From the NCBI GenBank assembly GCA_013115145.1, contig JAAPAO010000362.1:1-36370 (forward strand): 36,370 nucleotides of DNA, given 5' to 3'. A program made the position numbers and the translations under genes. The DNA comes from Perkinsus chesapeaki ATCC PRA-425 (taxonomy: Eukaryota; Protista; Perkinsozoa). Below are positions 23,592-34,841 of this stretch, one piece after another (positions within the stretch are counted from its first letter, which is position 1; every line of letters begins with the position of its first letter). A model generated the notes under the pieces. It was not told where the DNA came from and ran no database searches. It saw nothing but the letters and a program-made list of their open reading frames with translations.

Positions 23592-26196
23592 TCAACCATT
23601 AGGAACCCCTCCTCCACCACCGATCCTTTGCCGAACATTACTCAGCAACTCCTCATATACACTACTGCCATGCCGCCGTTTACCCCCCGAAGCCTTCTTC
23701 TTGTCAACCTTATCCTCCTCTTCCAGGGCTTCCATCAATCCAGTTCTTAATGCCACAGGATCAACTCTATCCGTTAACGAATACACTCCCCTAAAATAAG
23801 TCCCTAACACATTTTCTTAATTTCCCAATACTTTGCTTCCCGTTTAAGGCAGACCTCCAACAATGACAGCTTTCCTTGATAGTCCTTTATATCATCATTA
23901 ACTGCCTTCATCTGCTCTAGCCTCTCCAATGGCACAGCATCCTCCTCCCGGAGCTATCAACGAACCCATACAGAACTCCACGCCAACTGGTAGTACCATT
24001 TCTTTAAAGTGCTTTACTTGTTTCGATACCAATATGGTAGTACTACAGCCATCCCTACCAGCGCGTCCAGCTCTGCCGCACCGGTGAATGTACCTTATTG
24101 AACCCCTCTTTCTATGAATGCCCCCCCTCAAGCCGCTGACCCTTGGACATTATTAGGAACATCATACTGTATAACATGATCCACTTCTCTAAAGTCCAGG
24201 CCTCTAGCTGCCACATCACTGCATACTAGTACCTATTCAATCAAAGGCGATGAAAGCCTCAACTTAGTGTATCTTGCCGGTAACACGACAACGCCACCCA
24301 ATAGTCATTCTGACCGCATGTACAAGTGCTCTCCAATGGCATCCGATTATCGTATGCCGGAATTATTCCTACACTTATTATACAAGAATTAGTAATACTC
24401 AAAAAACCATCATAACACCATATAAGAACGGTCTGCATGTATCGGTTAAACTGGTATACGTTAATAGATAGTTGCACTTTAAGGCACAACTTCAATGATA
24501 TTATAAATGGGTATATTAATAGATGCCCTTATCGCCGCAATTATCATCTACCAGTTATATAAATTTATTCACATTACCATATTAGCACTTCTACTGCAAC
24601 ATACATTGACAGTTATAACATATCAAGCTACCCAGATACCTTACATGGATCTTGCCAGTTCTGAAATCCTCCAACATTCGCACACGATGCTTCTGGTCTA
24701 AAGCTGCACTGAATTCCCTTATCTAACATATCGCCTCTGCTCTCCCTAGGAGGTGTGCTTTACTACTATTATATTATCAACTATCCTATCATCATCCTCT
24801 ACACATATCTGTAGTAGCCGTGCCAGTCTATGAGCGTGCTCTACTGAGCCACAGAACAGCATTGTGCGACTGGATGCCTCATCGGCCTCAGAAGGATAAA
24901 TCTCTTGGAGCAGCGAAAGCTAACATATCAATGCACTGAAGATCACAATCAAGTAAGCTGACCCTTACCAAAACACCCGGCTTCTTCTGCTCCGCTCGGG
25001 CTACGATGAACCTAAGATACTCCACACTCCCCATTTCGTGGCGCGCCGTAATGCTACCTATGTCGAAGATTCTCAGGAGTAGCGTGTGCTCCCGTTTGTG
25101 TGCTTATAAGAAAGAACGGCCTGTTCAATGCCAACTGGGCAAGCTTTTGAGGATTAGATGTCATAGTGGCCGAAAACAGCATCCGTTGGCATCGCGGCGA
25201 GGCCTCTTTCACTCGGCGAACCTGATCAGGCGGATTCGTCCATATTATAGTATTTGAGGTGGACCCGCCTTACCACTTCGACTGTCGCCTCTCTACTAGA
25301 ATTAAGTAACCTATCAGCCTCATCAAGGACAATCCACCGTATACCGTCTACTGGTATCCGCTCCCCGGTGAGTAGATCTAGGGCGCGTGACGGTGTTGCG
25401 ACCATTACGTCTGGGCCTGAGCCACCATTCACCCCGGTCTCCTTACCAAACGAGCTTACCAGCGCTACCCTGCTCCGCAAAGGTTTGAGCATGATACTGT
25501 CCCACTACACATTCCACTTTAAAATGGTCTTTTGTATTATTAGTAAAGTGATCTGCTACTTCCTTAACCTGTAAGGCTAAGTCTCTAGTAGGCGCCAATA
25601 CCAACGCTCGCAATGTTGTATAAACTCGACCAGATAGCAACTGAAATATCTGAGACAGAAAATCAATCAGGAGGATTAGCTACCAGCAATAGCCTACAGG
25701 GAGAAGATATCCCAAAGTCTTGCCTTGCCCGGTCGGTATAGCGACACATAGGTCACAATCATACCTTAGGTCATACTGTTTGTCTGTAGCACACTGTTTA
25801 GCTTACCTGCTCCCCATTGGTGTTCTCTCCCTACCCAATACGATAGGTAATACGGTAGCCTGTACTGGGAACAGTCGATTTATTCCCATACCCTTCAGAG
25901 CCTTCCGACAAGTTTTAGATAGGTGGAAATCAGAGACTGACGGGCAGTCTTTAGCACTGGACAAGTGAGAGCTCACCACCTACAACCGACCTCTACCTTC
26001 ACAGGATTCCCTCGACCATCAGTACATGATATCTTTTGGTCCAATCAGGCCCTTTAATTGGTTCATCTTTATCAGCTTCCACCACTGCCTGTTTAATAAC
26101 CTCCTCGGAATCCTTTTTAGTTTCCACATCAGGATTTAATGCCCTTCGGATTGCCGATAAGGCCTCCGTCATAGCCTCGGTGGACTTCACTGCCAT
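23592..26196 (-). CDS. DDX51: DEAD-box RNA helicase, DDX51/Dbp6-like, multi-exon
   Basis: Q-motif GINRLFPVQ, DLCVAIPTGQGKTL, ALVLAPTRDLALQV, VATPSR, IVLDEADRLL, MLFSATMT, SDVAARGLD, YIHRCGRAGRAG. Confidence 0.85.
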
Positions 26197-26284
26197 TCAC
26201 CAACAGAAACGAGGCCGATCTATCCAAGTAAGAATTTATACCACTACAACACTGCACCAACTATATGACGAAACGTTCGTGCGC

Positions 26285-26795
26285 TCAGTTGGAAGATTCC
26301 TCAGTAAAAGGATTGTCAATCTCAGCGACACCAGCCGCTGGACATACCAACACTACTGACGTCCCGCGGGCCACCATTAATCCTAATAAAGACACTAAGC
26401 CATATTGGTAGAGCGGATTTACCTAGAGGCCGTGTCTTCCCAGATAGTTTATAAGGGTCCTCTGGATCCCGTAGGTATTCGATACATTCATCAAGTACTA
26501 GATTAGGGACAGGATCATAGCCCTTCAATACACCGCAAACTGATAAGACAGTCCACGGCCACACAAGGGATCTACAGTACCTTCGCGGCCTCCGGTGAGT
26601 TTTACGGTAACCTTCTGGTTCATTAACCGTTCCAAATCGATAACAGAAGGCCTTATAGAACTACGACGGTGATCTCCTATACAATAAGAACAACCCATGT
26701 CCCTTAGTCAGTATTAACCCACTACTACCTCCACGGCCACCCTTCCCTTTACCACCACGATAGCCTCCTTTACCTTTACCGCGATGCTCGGACAT
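26285..26795 (-). CDS. LSM7: U6 snRNA-associated Sm-like protein LSm7 (4 exons), with an apparent 1-nt deletion at 26600-26602
   Basis: SVIDLERLMNQKVTV[KLTGGRE]VCGVLKGYDPVPNLVLDECIEYLRDPEDPYKL...TRPLGLMVARGTSVVLVCP...DNPF. The bracketed part needs one extra A. Confidence 0.92.
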
Positions 26796-26988
26796 AATTA
26801 AAGGAGATCCTGAGGAACGCGTATCCACTTCCTGTTTGTTATGGACCTGCGTCAAATGGGAAATGCGTTGAGGGATTGCAAGATTGCAAGACTTGATAAG
26901 TTTCCATGCCTTCCGGTGATTTATCTATCACCCTGTAGCTTGCGGCTAAGTAGTATAATAAGTTGTCTTTTTGTAGCCTTAGCTTACC

Positions 26989-29264
26989 ATGTGTGGTATA
27001 TTGGCGGTATTCGGCCTCAAGGAGGATGCGGATGTCTTCCGACCTACTGGATTGCAGCTTTCAAGGTAAAGAAAAGATTCTCCAGAGGTTGGTTTGGCAC
27101 CCACGTGTCTTAGGCGTATCCGACACAGAGGACCTGATTGGAGCTCTTGTTACTGTCATAAGGATGTTTTTATTGCCCATGAGCGTCTAGCTATTGTCGA
27201 TGTTGAATCTGGTGCCCAACCATTATATAACAAGGATCACACCACGGTAGGGCATGTGGGTATTGGGAGGGGATTATGGAAAGGATAGGTACTCGCTGTT
27301 AACGGTGAGATTTATAACTATCAGCCTATTAGAGAGCAGCTCATTAAAGAGGGCTTCGAATTCTCTAGTGGAAGTGATTGTGAGGTTATTCTTCACATGT
27401 AAGCGGCGATTGTGTAGAATGCACACTTCAACCTGGGATATGCCAGGTATGACCGTGGCGATTCTATGGAGGATCTCCTTAACCAGTTGCGGGGTATGTT
27501 CGCTTTTGTCATCTATGACGCTACCAGCGGTCGATACGTAGCTGCTAGGGATCATGTAAGTTCCGCTTGTCACAGTAGATATAATGAGCCCACTTAGATC
27601 GGTATCATTCCTCTTTATATTGGATGGGGACCTGATGGAACTGTCTTCTTCGCCAGTGAAATGAAGGCTATCTGTGACCAATGCACTAACTACATGCAGT
27701 TCCCTCCTGGACACTACTACGATTCCACCAAGCATGGTGTTCGTAAGTTTGAGAGATGGTACAACCCTTCGTGGAGGCTCGAGATCCCCACTCAACAACC
27801 AACTCCAGAGGAGCTCCGCGACGCTCTAGTAAAGTCTGTCGAGTCTCATATGATGGCCGATGTTCCCTATGGTGTCCTTCTATCTGGTGGATTGGACTCA
27901 AGTCTTGTCGCTAGTATCGCCTCTCGTATCCGTATGAGACAGGCCTGTGGAGATGACGAGGATTATTGCCGCAAACTGAGGAAGTCTGGCAAGCTACCTC
28001 AGATTGCCCGTCTAAGGTAAGCCCACATCTCTACTAAAGGGTTATAAATTATCAGGTCCTACTGTGTTGGGCTGGAGGGCTCCCCTGACGTTAAGGCCGC
28101 CAGAGAGGTTGCTCAATTCCTTGGCACACATCACAGAGAGTTCACTTTCACTCTACAGGTTAGCTCTTTACCGTTGGTAATGTAGTAGTGATGCAGTCCC
28201 TTTAGGATGGTATTGATGCCCTTGAAGATGTTATCTATCATTTAGAAACCTTCGATGTCACAACTGTCCGTGCCTCTACTCCTATGTATCTAATGACCAG
28301 GCTTATTAAGGCCACTGGTAAGCATTACATAACACCTTTGTCACTTCATACCCCCATTGAACAGGTGTTAAGATGGTCCTCAGTGGCGAGGGTGCTGATG
28401 AGGTCTTCGGAGGTTACCTTTATTTCCACAAGGCCCCCAATCCGAAGGAGTTCCATGAAGAGTGTGTCAGGAAGATCGATCAACTTTACATGTTTGATTG
28501 CCTAAGAGCCAACAAGTCCATGTGCTCCTTCGGTGTTGAGGCTCGCGTACCTTTCCTTGATCGTGAGTTCCTGGAAGTTGCCATGAACATCGATCCCGAG
28601 CTCAAGATGGTCGGTCGTGGTGGCCGTAAAATGGAGAAGCACATCCTGAGGTTAGCTGATCGTTGGTGGGTTAGTATATAGTCATGTCCTGCTGTCAGAG
28701 CTGCCTTTGATACCCCTGAGGACCCCTACCTGCCCGATTCAGTATTATGGAGGCAGAAAGAGCAATTCTCTGATGGTGTTGGATATGGTTGGATTGATAG
28801 GCTTAGAGATTATGCTGAGGAGAAGGTCAGTGATGAGATGATGGATACTGCCGAGTAAGTATCTTTGGTCATGGCTCTAGAGGATCCGGTCAATGACTCC
28901 TCCTGCCCCTATGTACTTGCCGCCGCCCATTTAAATCCTGGTACCCGGACGCTTTGAGAATGATTACCGTATATTTGAAACCATCCCATTGGACAATCGT
29001 TGTTAACGCTCCATCACTTGTATTATCTTCTCCTTTAGGTTCCGCTATCCTGAGTCAACACCGCTTACCAAGGAGGCCTACCTTTACAGGCAGATTTTTG
29101 AGAAGCATTTCCCTCAAGCTTGCGCCGTGAAGACAGTCCCCTATGGCCCCTCAATTGCCTGTTCAACTGGTGCTGCCATGAAATGGGATAAATCCTTCAT
29201 GCAACACGATGACCCTAGCGGCAGGGCTATGGTGAATGTTCATGTTGATGGTTACAAAGATTAG
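26989..29264 (+). CDS. ASNS: Asparagine synthetase, glutamine-hydrolysing (AsnB type), multi-exon
   Basis: MCGI N-terminus (Ntn Cys), [73 protein letters not shown]. Confidence 0.98.
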
Positions 29265-29438
29265 TCATATTACGTTACTCGTAGTAATACTACTTATCAC
29301 CTGTCGACAACGACGACAGAGATCATTTCTCCGTAAAAGAGTTCATCAATAACTTACAATGGCCTTGCGTTATCAGTTTAGCCGCGGCGGCAGTGAGCAA
29401 AGAAAGTGGAGCAGTTTTTAGCCTAGATCTGTACGGAG

Positions 29439-32400
29439 ATGTCCGGGTCTACGGCAAATGTTGCCGAGCAATTCTATCAGATAGACCGGTCTTTCAAGGA
29501 TGAGGCCTATCATGAGGCTGCTAAGACAGCAAGGCAAAGTACTAATAAAAGGGCTGAGTAGAGGTTATTGTGTTGTTTAGTTATTAACAAGCAACCAGAT
29601 AATGTACAGGCTATTATGTGTTACTTGTAAGATTGGGGGCCAGAAGGGGAGTTCATGGAGGGGCTTAAGCAGGTATAGTCAAATACAGCTATCACAATGG
29701 AAGACATGCTTTAACTTCATCGATACCAAGGTGAAGGATGCCCTTGAAAAATGTAAGGCGTCAGTCTAAGGGCATCTGTGTTGTGGCAGCAGTTTAAGTG
29801 GCAGGCACTACTGAAGAGCGTGCTACTCTGAGCTACTATAAGGCCTATTGTTTATATAGACTGAATAGGGAAAAGGTAATATAGGTTGAGTAACGCTGCT
29901 GGGTGCTGCTGCATTTACAGTGTACAGGAGTGCTTGGATGAGATTAAAGCTAATGGTGATGGTTCTGAGAAATGGCAGGTGCTGGAAGCTCAATGTCGCT
30001 ATAGACTGCATCAGTAAGCCACAGTCTGATCGCCCTGTCTAGGAGACCTCATGTCCATCGAGCCCAATTCGGCTTAGAGGGTGCTGCGGCCTATTCAGAC
30101 TGTCTATTATCGTCGTCGTTTTATCGGATACTTCTTTGGAAGTTGAATTGTGACTAGGTACTCCCAAACCAGTGAGCTCTACAGTCAGCTCCTGAAGGAT
30201 GCTAAGGCCAATGGAGGAGACTCCGAAGCGTCATTGCTTCTTACGGTACATAAGCTAATATCATTCCGATGGCACCATGCACCATTTTAGGTAAACCTCC
30301 TCGCCAGTTACGTCTCGGCTGACACCAATCCCAAAGAGCTCGATGATCTTCTTGAACGCCTTGCCGACCCCGAAGATGCTTACGAGGTTAGCTTCCAGGT
30401 TCCCATCTATAAGAAATTCTTTGTCTTGTAGTTAGCCTACAATCTGGCCTGTGCCTACCTCTCCAAGAAGGACTATGCTAAAGCCGAGCAAATGCTGGTA
30501 GTGACGTGAGTATCACTTTGCGCATCGTTGCCCACCTTTCAGACCCTGGCCTCCTCTCTATGTAAGGGTGAGCTTGGTACTGACGACGATGATACTGATC
30601 CAGAGTTAAACTGGATGAATGCTCAGCTAGGGTAAGCCGCCGTCAACCTCTATTTCACCTTGAGGCCGGCTTACATGTGTTACCTCAGATACCTTCGTCA
30701 ACTACAAGGTAGGAATGGAGATGCTACTGAGTAATGTTGCCGATGTTATCTGTAAAGATGTTATAGCGTCGCTTGTTTATAGAATATACGAGAAGATCAT
30801 GAGGCCAGTAGTCGGAGGAAGCAAGAACGACGTCACAGTTATGGCCACTGCCTGCAATAATCTTGGTACATGTGACAGAGATGAATTATTAGCAGCTCTC
30901 CATTTCAGTGACTCTGAAGCCTAAAGGCAGCTCGTTGTTTGATGCTTTGAAGAGGATAAGATTGGCTAGTAAAGCGGAGTCCTTGGAGAGCAAGTTAACG
31001 GCCACACAGCTGGAGACACTTGGACTTAACAAGAGCATTGTAACTGGAGCCGCTTCACGTTAACTTGTGTCGCAATATACTACTCAGGCTCTATCAAACC
31101 GCTCCAAGGTCGCTGAAGCCCGATCGGTCCTCACTCAGCTAGAACAGCAGTTGGGCGACGCCTTCAAAAGGAGTGGTGCCGCAGCTGTTGGTAAGGCTGT
31201 TACTCAGTATAGTAGTGGTGGAGATGGCAAGAAGGAAGCTGTAAGGCGGCAAATGGGAGCATATCTTAAGTATATAGGTTAACAGGTTAACACATTGAAG
31301 TCGTGGCTGGCTACTAATAGCGCCTCTGGTGATGCAACATTTGTGCGTTTGTCTCTGGCGGGCCTACTGGCAGAATCGTCAGCCACTCGATCAGAGGCAG
31401 CTACCATTCTGGCCGATCTAGGCCCCGAGGTGAGCTACAATTGGCTACTCGCGGCAATAGAGCGTAGCGTTTTCTCAGGTCAGTATGGGTCGCCCTGAGG
31501 CTGTAAGGCAGAGGTTTACTGCTCATACTGGAAGCACTGAGGAGGATAGAGATGCTTTGAAGAAGGAGGTTAATGAGGTAACCTAGTTAAAATGTTAGGT
31601 AATCTCGTAGGGCTATGTCAGGTCCTTAACTTCTGGCAAAAGCGATCATCAGGTGATGCTGCTGCGGTGCTAAGGTAGGCCTTAGGAACTAGATGCGGCT
31701 GTTAGTGCGAATAGATATGTTGCTGATGTGGCTACTCGTAATAAACTATACGACGAAGCTGCTAAGGCATGGGAGCTTTATAACAGTAAGGTCGGCGATA
31801 GCAGCTCAACTGAGGCTGTACAAGGGCTAGTAAGAATATACAATAGCCTAGTTCCATGGCTCATTTTGGACAGGTATCGGCCCTCTCGAGAGTTACCGCT
31901 CCTGCGCCGGAAAGCCTAGAGACTGCCACTATGATGGTGGAACGATTAGTGCAAAGGTGTGGCCTGTCTCATGTCTTGGTGCTTCAGCTCATTGCTCCTA
32001 ACAGGTCACCAGAAGCTGAGACGATCGAAGACGCCATTGATGATGTGGATCCAGAAGAGCTGGAGGAAATGGATGTGAGCGCAGGCAGCTGGAAGGTTGT
32101 GGCTTCGGCTCCGACGGCAGAGGGAGAAGAAATTGAGGTGAGGAGCTGCCACTTAGAAACTTTGGAGAGATGTCTTTCAGGTTAAAAAGCATCATCGTAA
32201 GCGTAAACCGCGCTATCCAAAGGGCTTCGATCCGGAGAACCCATCGGCCTTCCGTAAACCTGACCCAGAAAGGTAGCTACATTGAAGGATTATGTGGCGC
32301 AGTGACGGTTCACGTAGATGGCTTCCTAAGAATGAGCGCTCTGATTATCGTCGTAAGATGAAGAAGAAGCAGATGCAGCTTATGCGGGGCCCACAGGGTA

Positions 32401-32565
32401 GGAGTCAACTTGGCTTGTGAGGTGTGGCTAGTATTGGTTGCAGGTGTGGTCCCAGCGGAGGGCGAGAATGTGAAAACTGGTCCCAGTACTGCCCAACTCG
32501 AGGCTTCAACAGAAAGACAGACACAGCATCAAAAGAGACGGAAGAATCAGCGCAAACGCAAGTGA
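29439..32565 (+). CDS. SRP72: Signal recognition particle subunit SRP72, multi-exon; start approximate
   Basis: TPR-like exons (LEAQCRYRL; LAYNLACAY; AQLGYLRQLQGR) and the C-terminal RNA-binding motif KRKPRYPKGFDPENP...KPDPERWLPKNERS...RGPQG. Confidence 0.92.
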
Positions 32566-32765
32566 TGATAACTTCACATTCAGCACCTTAGTGTTTCTAT
32601 TTTCAACAAGAATGTTATTGCGTTGATGATCAGTGGTTGAGCCGGTTGGGAACGAATCCATATACTAGATACCTAAACACGCACTACTCCACTTACTCTA
32701 TCAATCGTGTCCTCACTTTGATACTGTTCATCGGTGGGTCTGAGGCCAGTTTTTAAACCCTTGAA

Positions 32766-34012
32766 ATGGCTTCAAGTACGTCTGGTGACGTTGCTGGCCG
32801 TAAGCGTAGAGTCGGTCACTTATTATCGGCGTATTATTCAAGAACAGACTCACAGGTGGGACGGAGATCATTTGCAGTTAGCCGATAGCATAAGCTCAGT
32901 CCTCCTCCTCTTCTGCCGCGTCGCATTCTCGCATTCGTTCTTCACCGGAGGAAACGAGGAACGACGAATCTGATACTGAGAATGGCACAACCATAGAGAA
33001 AGGCTCAGCTACAGTTGACAGGCTAGGTTAGATAGAACGCTTGAGTGTTAAACGGAGAGGAGTTTTATCAGATGGCACTGATGGCAGTATGACGTCCATC
33101 AGAGAATCCCTGAAGTCATCACAGCAAGCAGTTTCGAAGGAGATAAAAGTGCTCAATGAGAAGGTTAGCTGCCCTCTTCAGCGTTATTATAAGTTTTGTA
33201 CCTCGTCAGATGGAAGAGGCTCTCTATCGAGACTACAGGCTATTAGTAGACACTTGTGCTCCAACCACTGGCCTGCTCAGCACGGCAAAGGTCAAATTAT
33301 TCGTTTCTCTGAATGTGCATTGTCGTTTAGGTAGCTGCCTACCAAGAGCGAGCCAAGAGCCTTGGCATCACAATAGCCGATATTAATAAGAGCTGCAATA
33401 AGGTGCTCTTCCTCTCTTCACCGCAGCCCATGACATCCCCTATTTTAGCTGGGAAAAGGCGAGCTCTCCAATGATAGAATGAGCCGCATCAGACAGCTCT
33501 CCGTCGCTCGCGATCTTGTTACTACCATATCGGAGTTGATCAACCTTGACCAAACTGTATGGAGTAATACCCTCTTGTATTCCTACCGCATGCATTCAGA
33601 TAACGGCGGCCAGTGATAACGCATCCTTGTGGCCAGACATTGTGATGACATATAAGAGCGCAACTGAAGCCGTGGAAGTAGGTAAAGCAATGGCTTGTTG
33701 GAGCGAACTTGCCGTGAATAGGCCATACCGGCACTCAAGAGCTCGCCGGCAGTTTCAATAGCGATGGCGAAATCTGCCGAGGCTATGGATAAGATCAAGG
33801 AGAGAATGTAAGCCTCGCATTGCCCCTTTCCATAATGGCTAGCCTAACGTAGGAGGACTGAAATAATTGAAGGTCATCCTCCTCAACTTAGCTCTACTTG
33901 AGGACCTCGGGAGAGCCGACTGGATGGAGAGTGCTCAGAGTCTGCGTCATATGCATCGACCATCGGGTATGATGATATCGTCTGTGGTGGGCTTGACAAT
34001 AGTATGGCCTGA
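32766..34012 (+). CDS. Short Vps51/COG1/Exo84-like tethering-complex protein, multi-exon; 3' end approximate
   Basis: RKRRVGHLLSAYY at the N-terminus and SLKSSQQAVSKEIKVLNEKMEEALYRDYRLLVDT resemble the Vps51 N-terminal coiled coil (EI..LD..MQ.LVYENY..F). Confidence 0.5.
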
Positions 34013-34814
34013 CAATTGATCAATCCTCAAATTTCTTAGGCCTCCTTCCATTTCCAAAATTCTTGAAAATAGTTTTCCGAGGAAAAATCAAGAAAAAGCT
34101 CGCAAAACGCCTAGAAATGTTCAAGGAATGCTAGTGCTCAACAGTAAGCCTCAAGCGTATCGGATTTTATCTATTACGCAGTCCTACGCGTGAGATTGGA
34201 AGGACAGTTCGACTTGGCGGTATCATGCGAGGCATGCAAGGCAATCCGAACACAGGTACCCTTACTGAGCCGTGAAAGTCTAGCGGTGATACGGCCATAT
34301 ATCTGTACTATCGAGCCAGTAAGAATGAGATAAATATCACGTGGCGGTACTCCTTTCTTTCGGTGTAGTGTTGTCGAGTCTGGGCTTGAGAATTACGAGT
34401 TTAAATGCAAACGTGATCATGTTTTTTTCACTGCCATGCACTGGTTCAACTGGTGAATCACTGGGCGCGAATCGATTGCATCAATGATATCTTCATTGAT
34501 TACAGAATCGTGCTACTACTAGTCGCCTACTACGAGTCGCTACCCATTGAAGCACAATTCCGCAATCCATCAAGTCGAAAGTCAAAATCCAGTGACACAG
34601 TCATTTCGGAAGCTGCATCTGAAACTCGCATCCATCAGTCCCAGGATTCTGCGGGTTTGGTACCGCAAATCAACATCCGTTAATATTTCTCCAGGGAGTC
34701 GATTCACTGATCAGTGAAAAAGTGGGAACCGTAACTTGACATTAGACTAAGTATTATTAGGAACGGATCACAGCGAGCAGGGCTATATAATCAAAATTCA
34801 ATCATTTCACCGAA

Positions 34815-34841
34815 GTGCCGCGCTCGACGGGTGCGCGGCAC
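34815..34841. repeat. GC-rich inverted repeat (9-bp stem, 9-nt loop)
   Basis: GTGCCGCGC-TCGACGGGT-GCGCGGCAC. Confidence 0.8.

Noticed and set aside
28875-28948. pUC-polylinker-like CTCTAGAGGATCC and GGTACCCGG in the ASNS intron (vector contamination)
   Set aside because: The matches are short, non-contiguous and within a normal GT-AG intron. Chance is the likeliest explanation.
28891-28960. SECIS-like ATGA...AAA...TGAG, and faint similarity to the SSU rRNA TGCCCTTTGTACACACCGCCC region
   Set aside because: The ATGA-to-AAA distance (~38 nt) is far too long for a SECIS and the site is intronic. The rRNA similarity is too gapped to support.
33350-33358. GAGCCAAGA matching part of the reverse-complemented perkinsid/dinoflagellate spliced leader
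   Set aside because: It is only 9 nt and lies inside a coding exon. I found no SL RNA gene or relict SL by eye in the window.
3800-34012. Stop-codon reassignment (apparent in-frame stops next to conserved motifs)
   Set aside because: The cases I checked (NOG2, RPN1, CFAP119-like, DDX51) fall inside plausible GT-AG introns, and the conserved genes end at normal stops.
15410-34012. Functional secretory-pathway cluster (VMA16, RPN1, ASNS, SRP72, Vps51-like)
   Set aside because: They are interspersed with unrelated housekeeping genes, and there is no evidence beyond adjacency.
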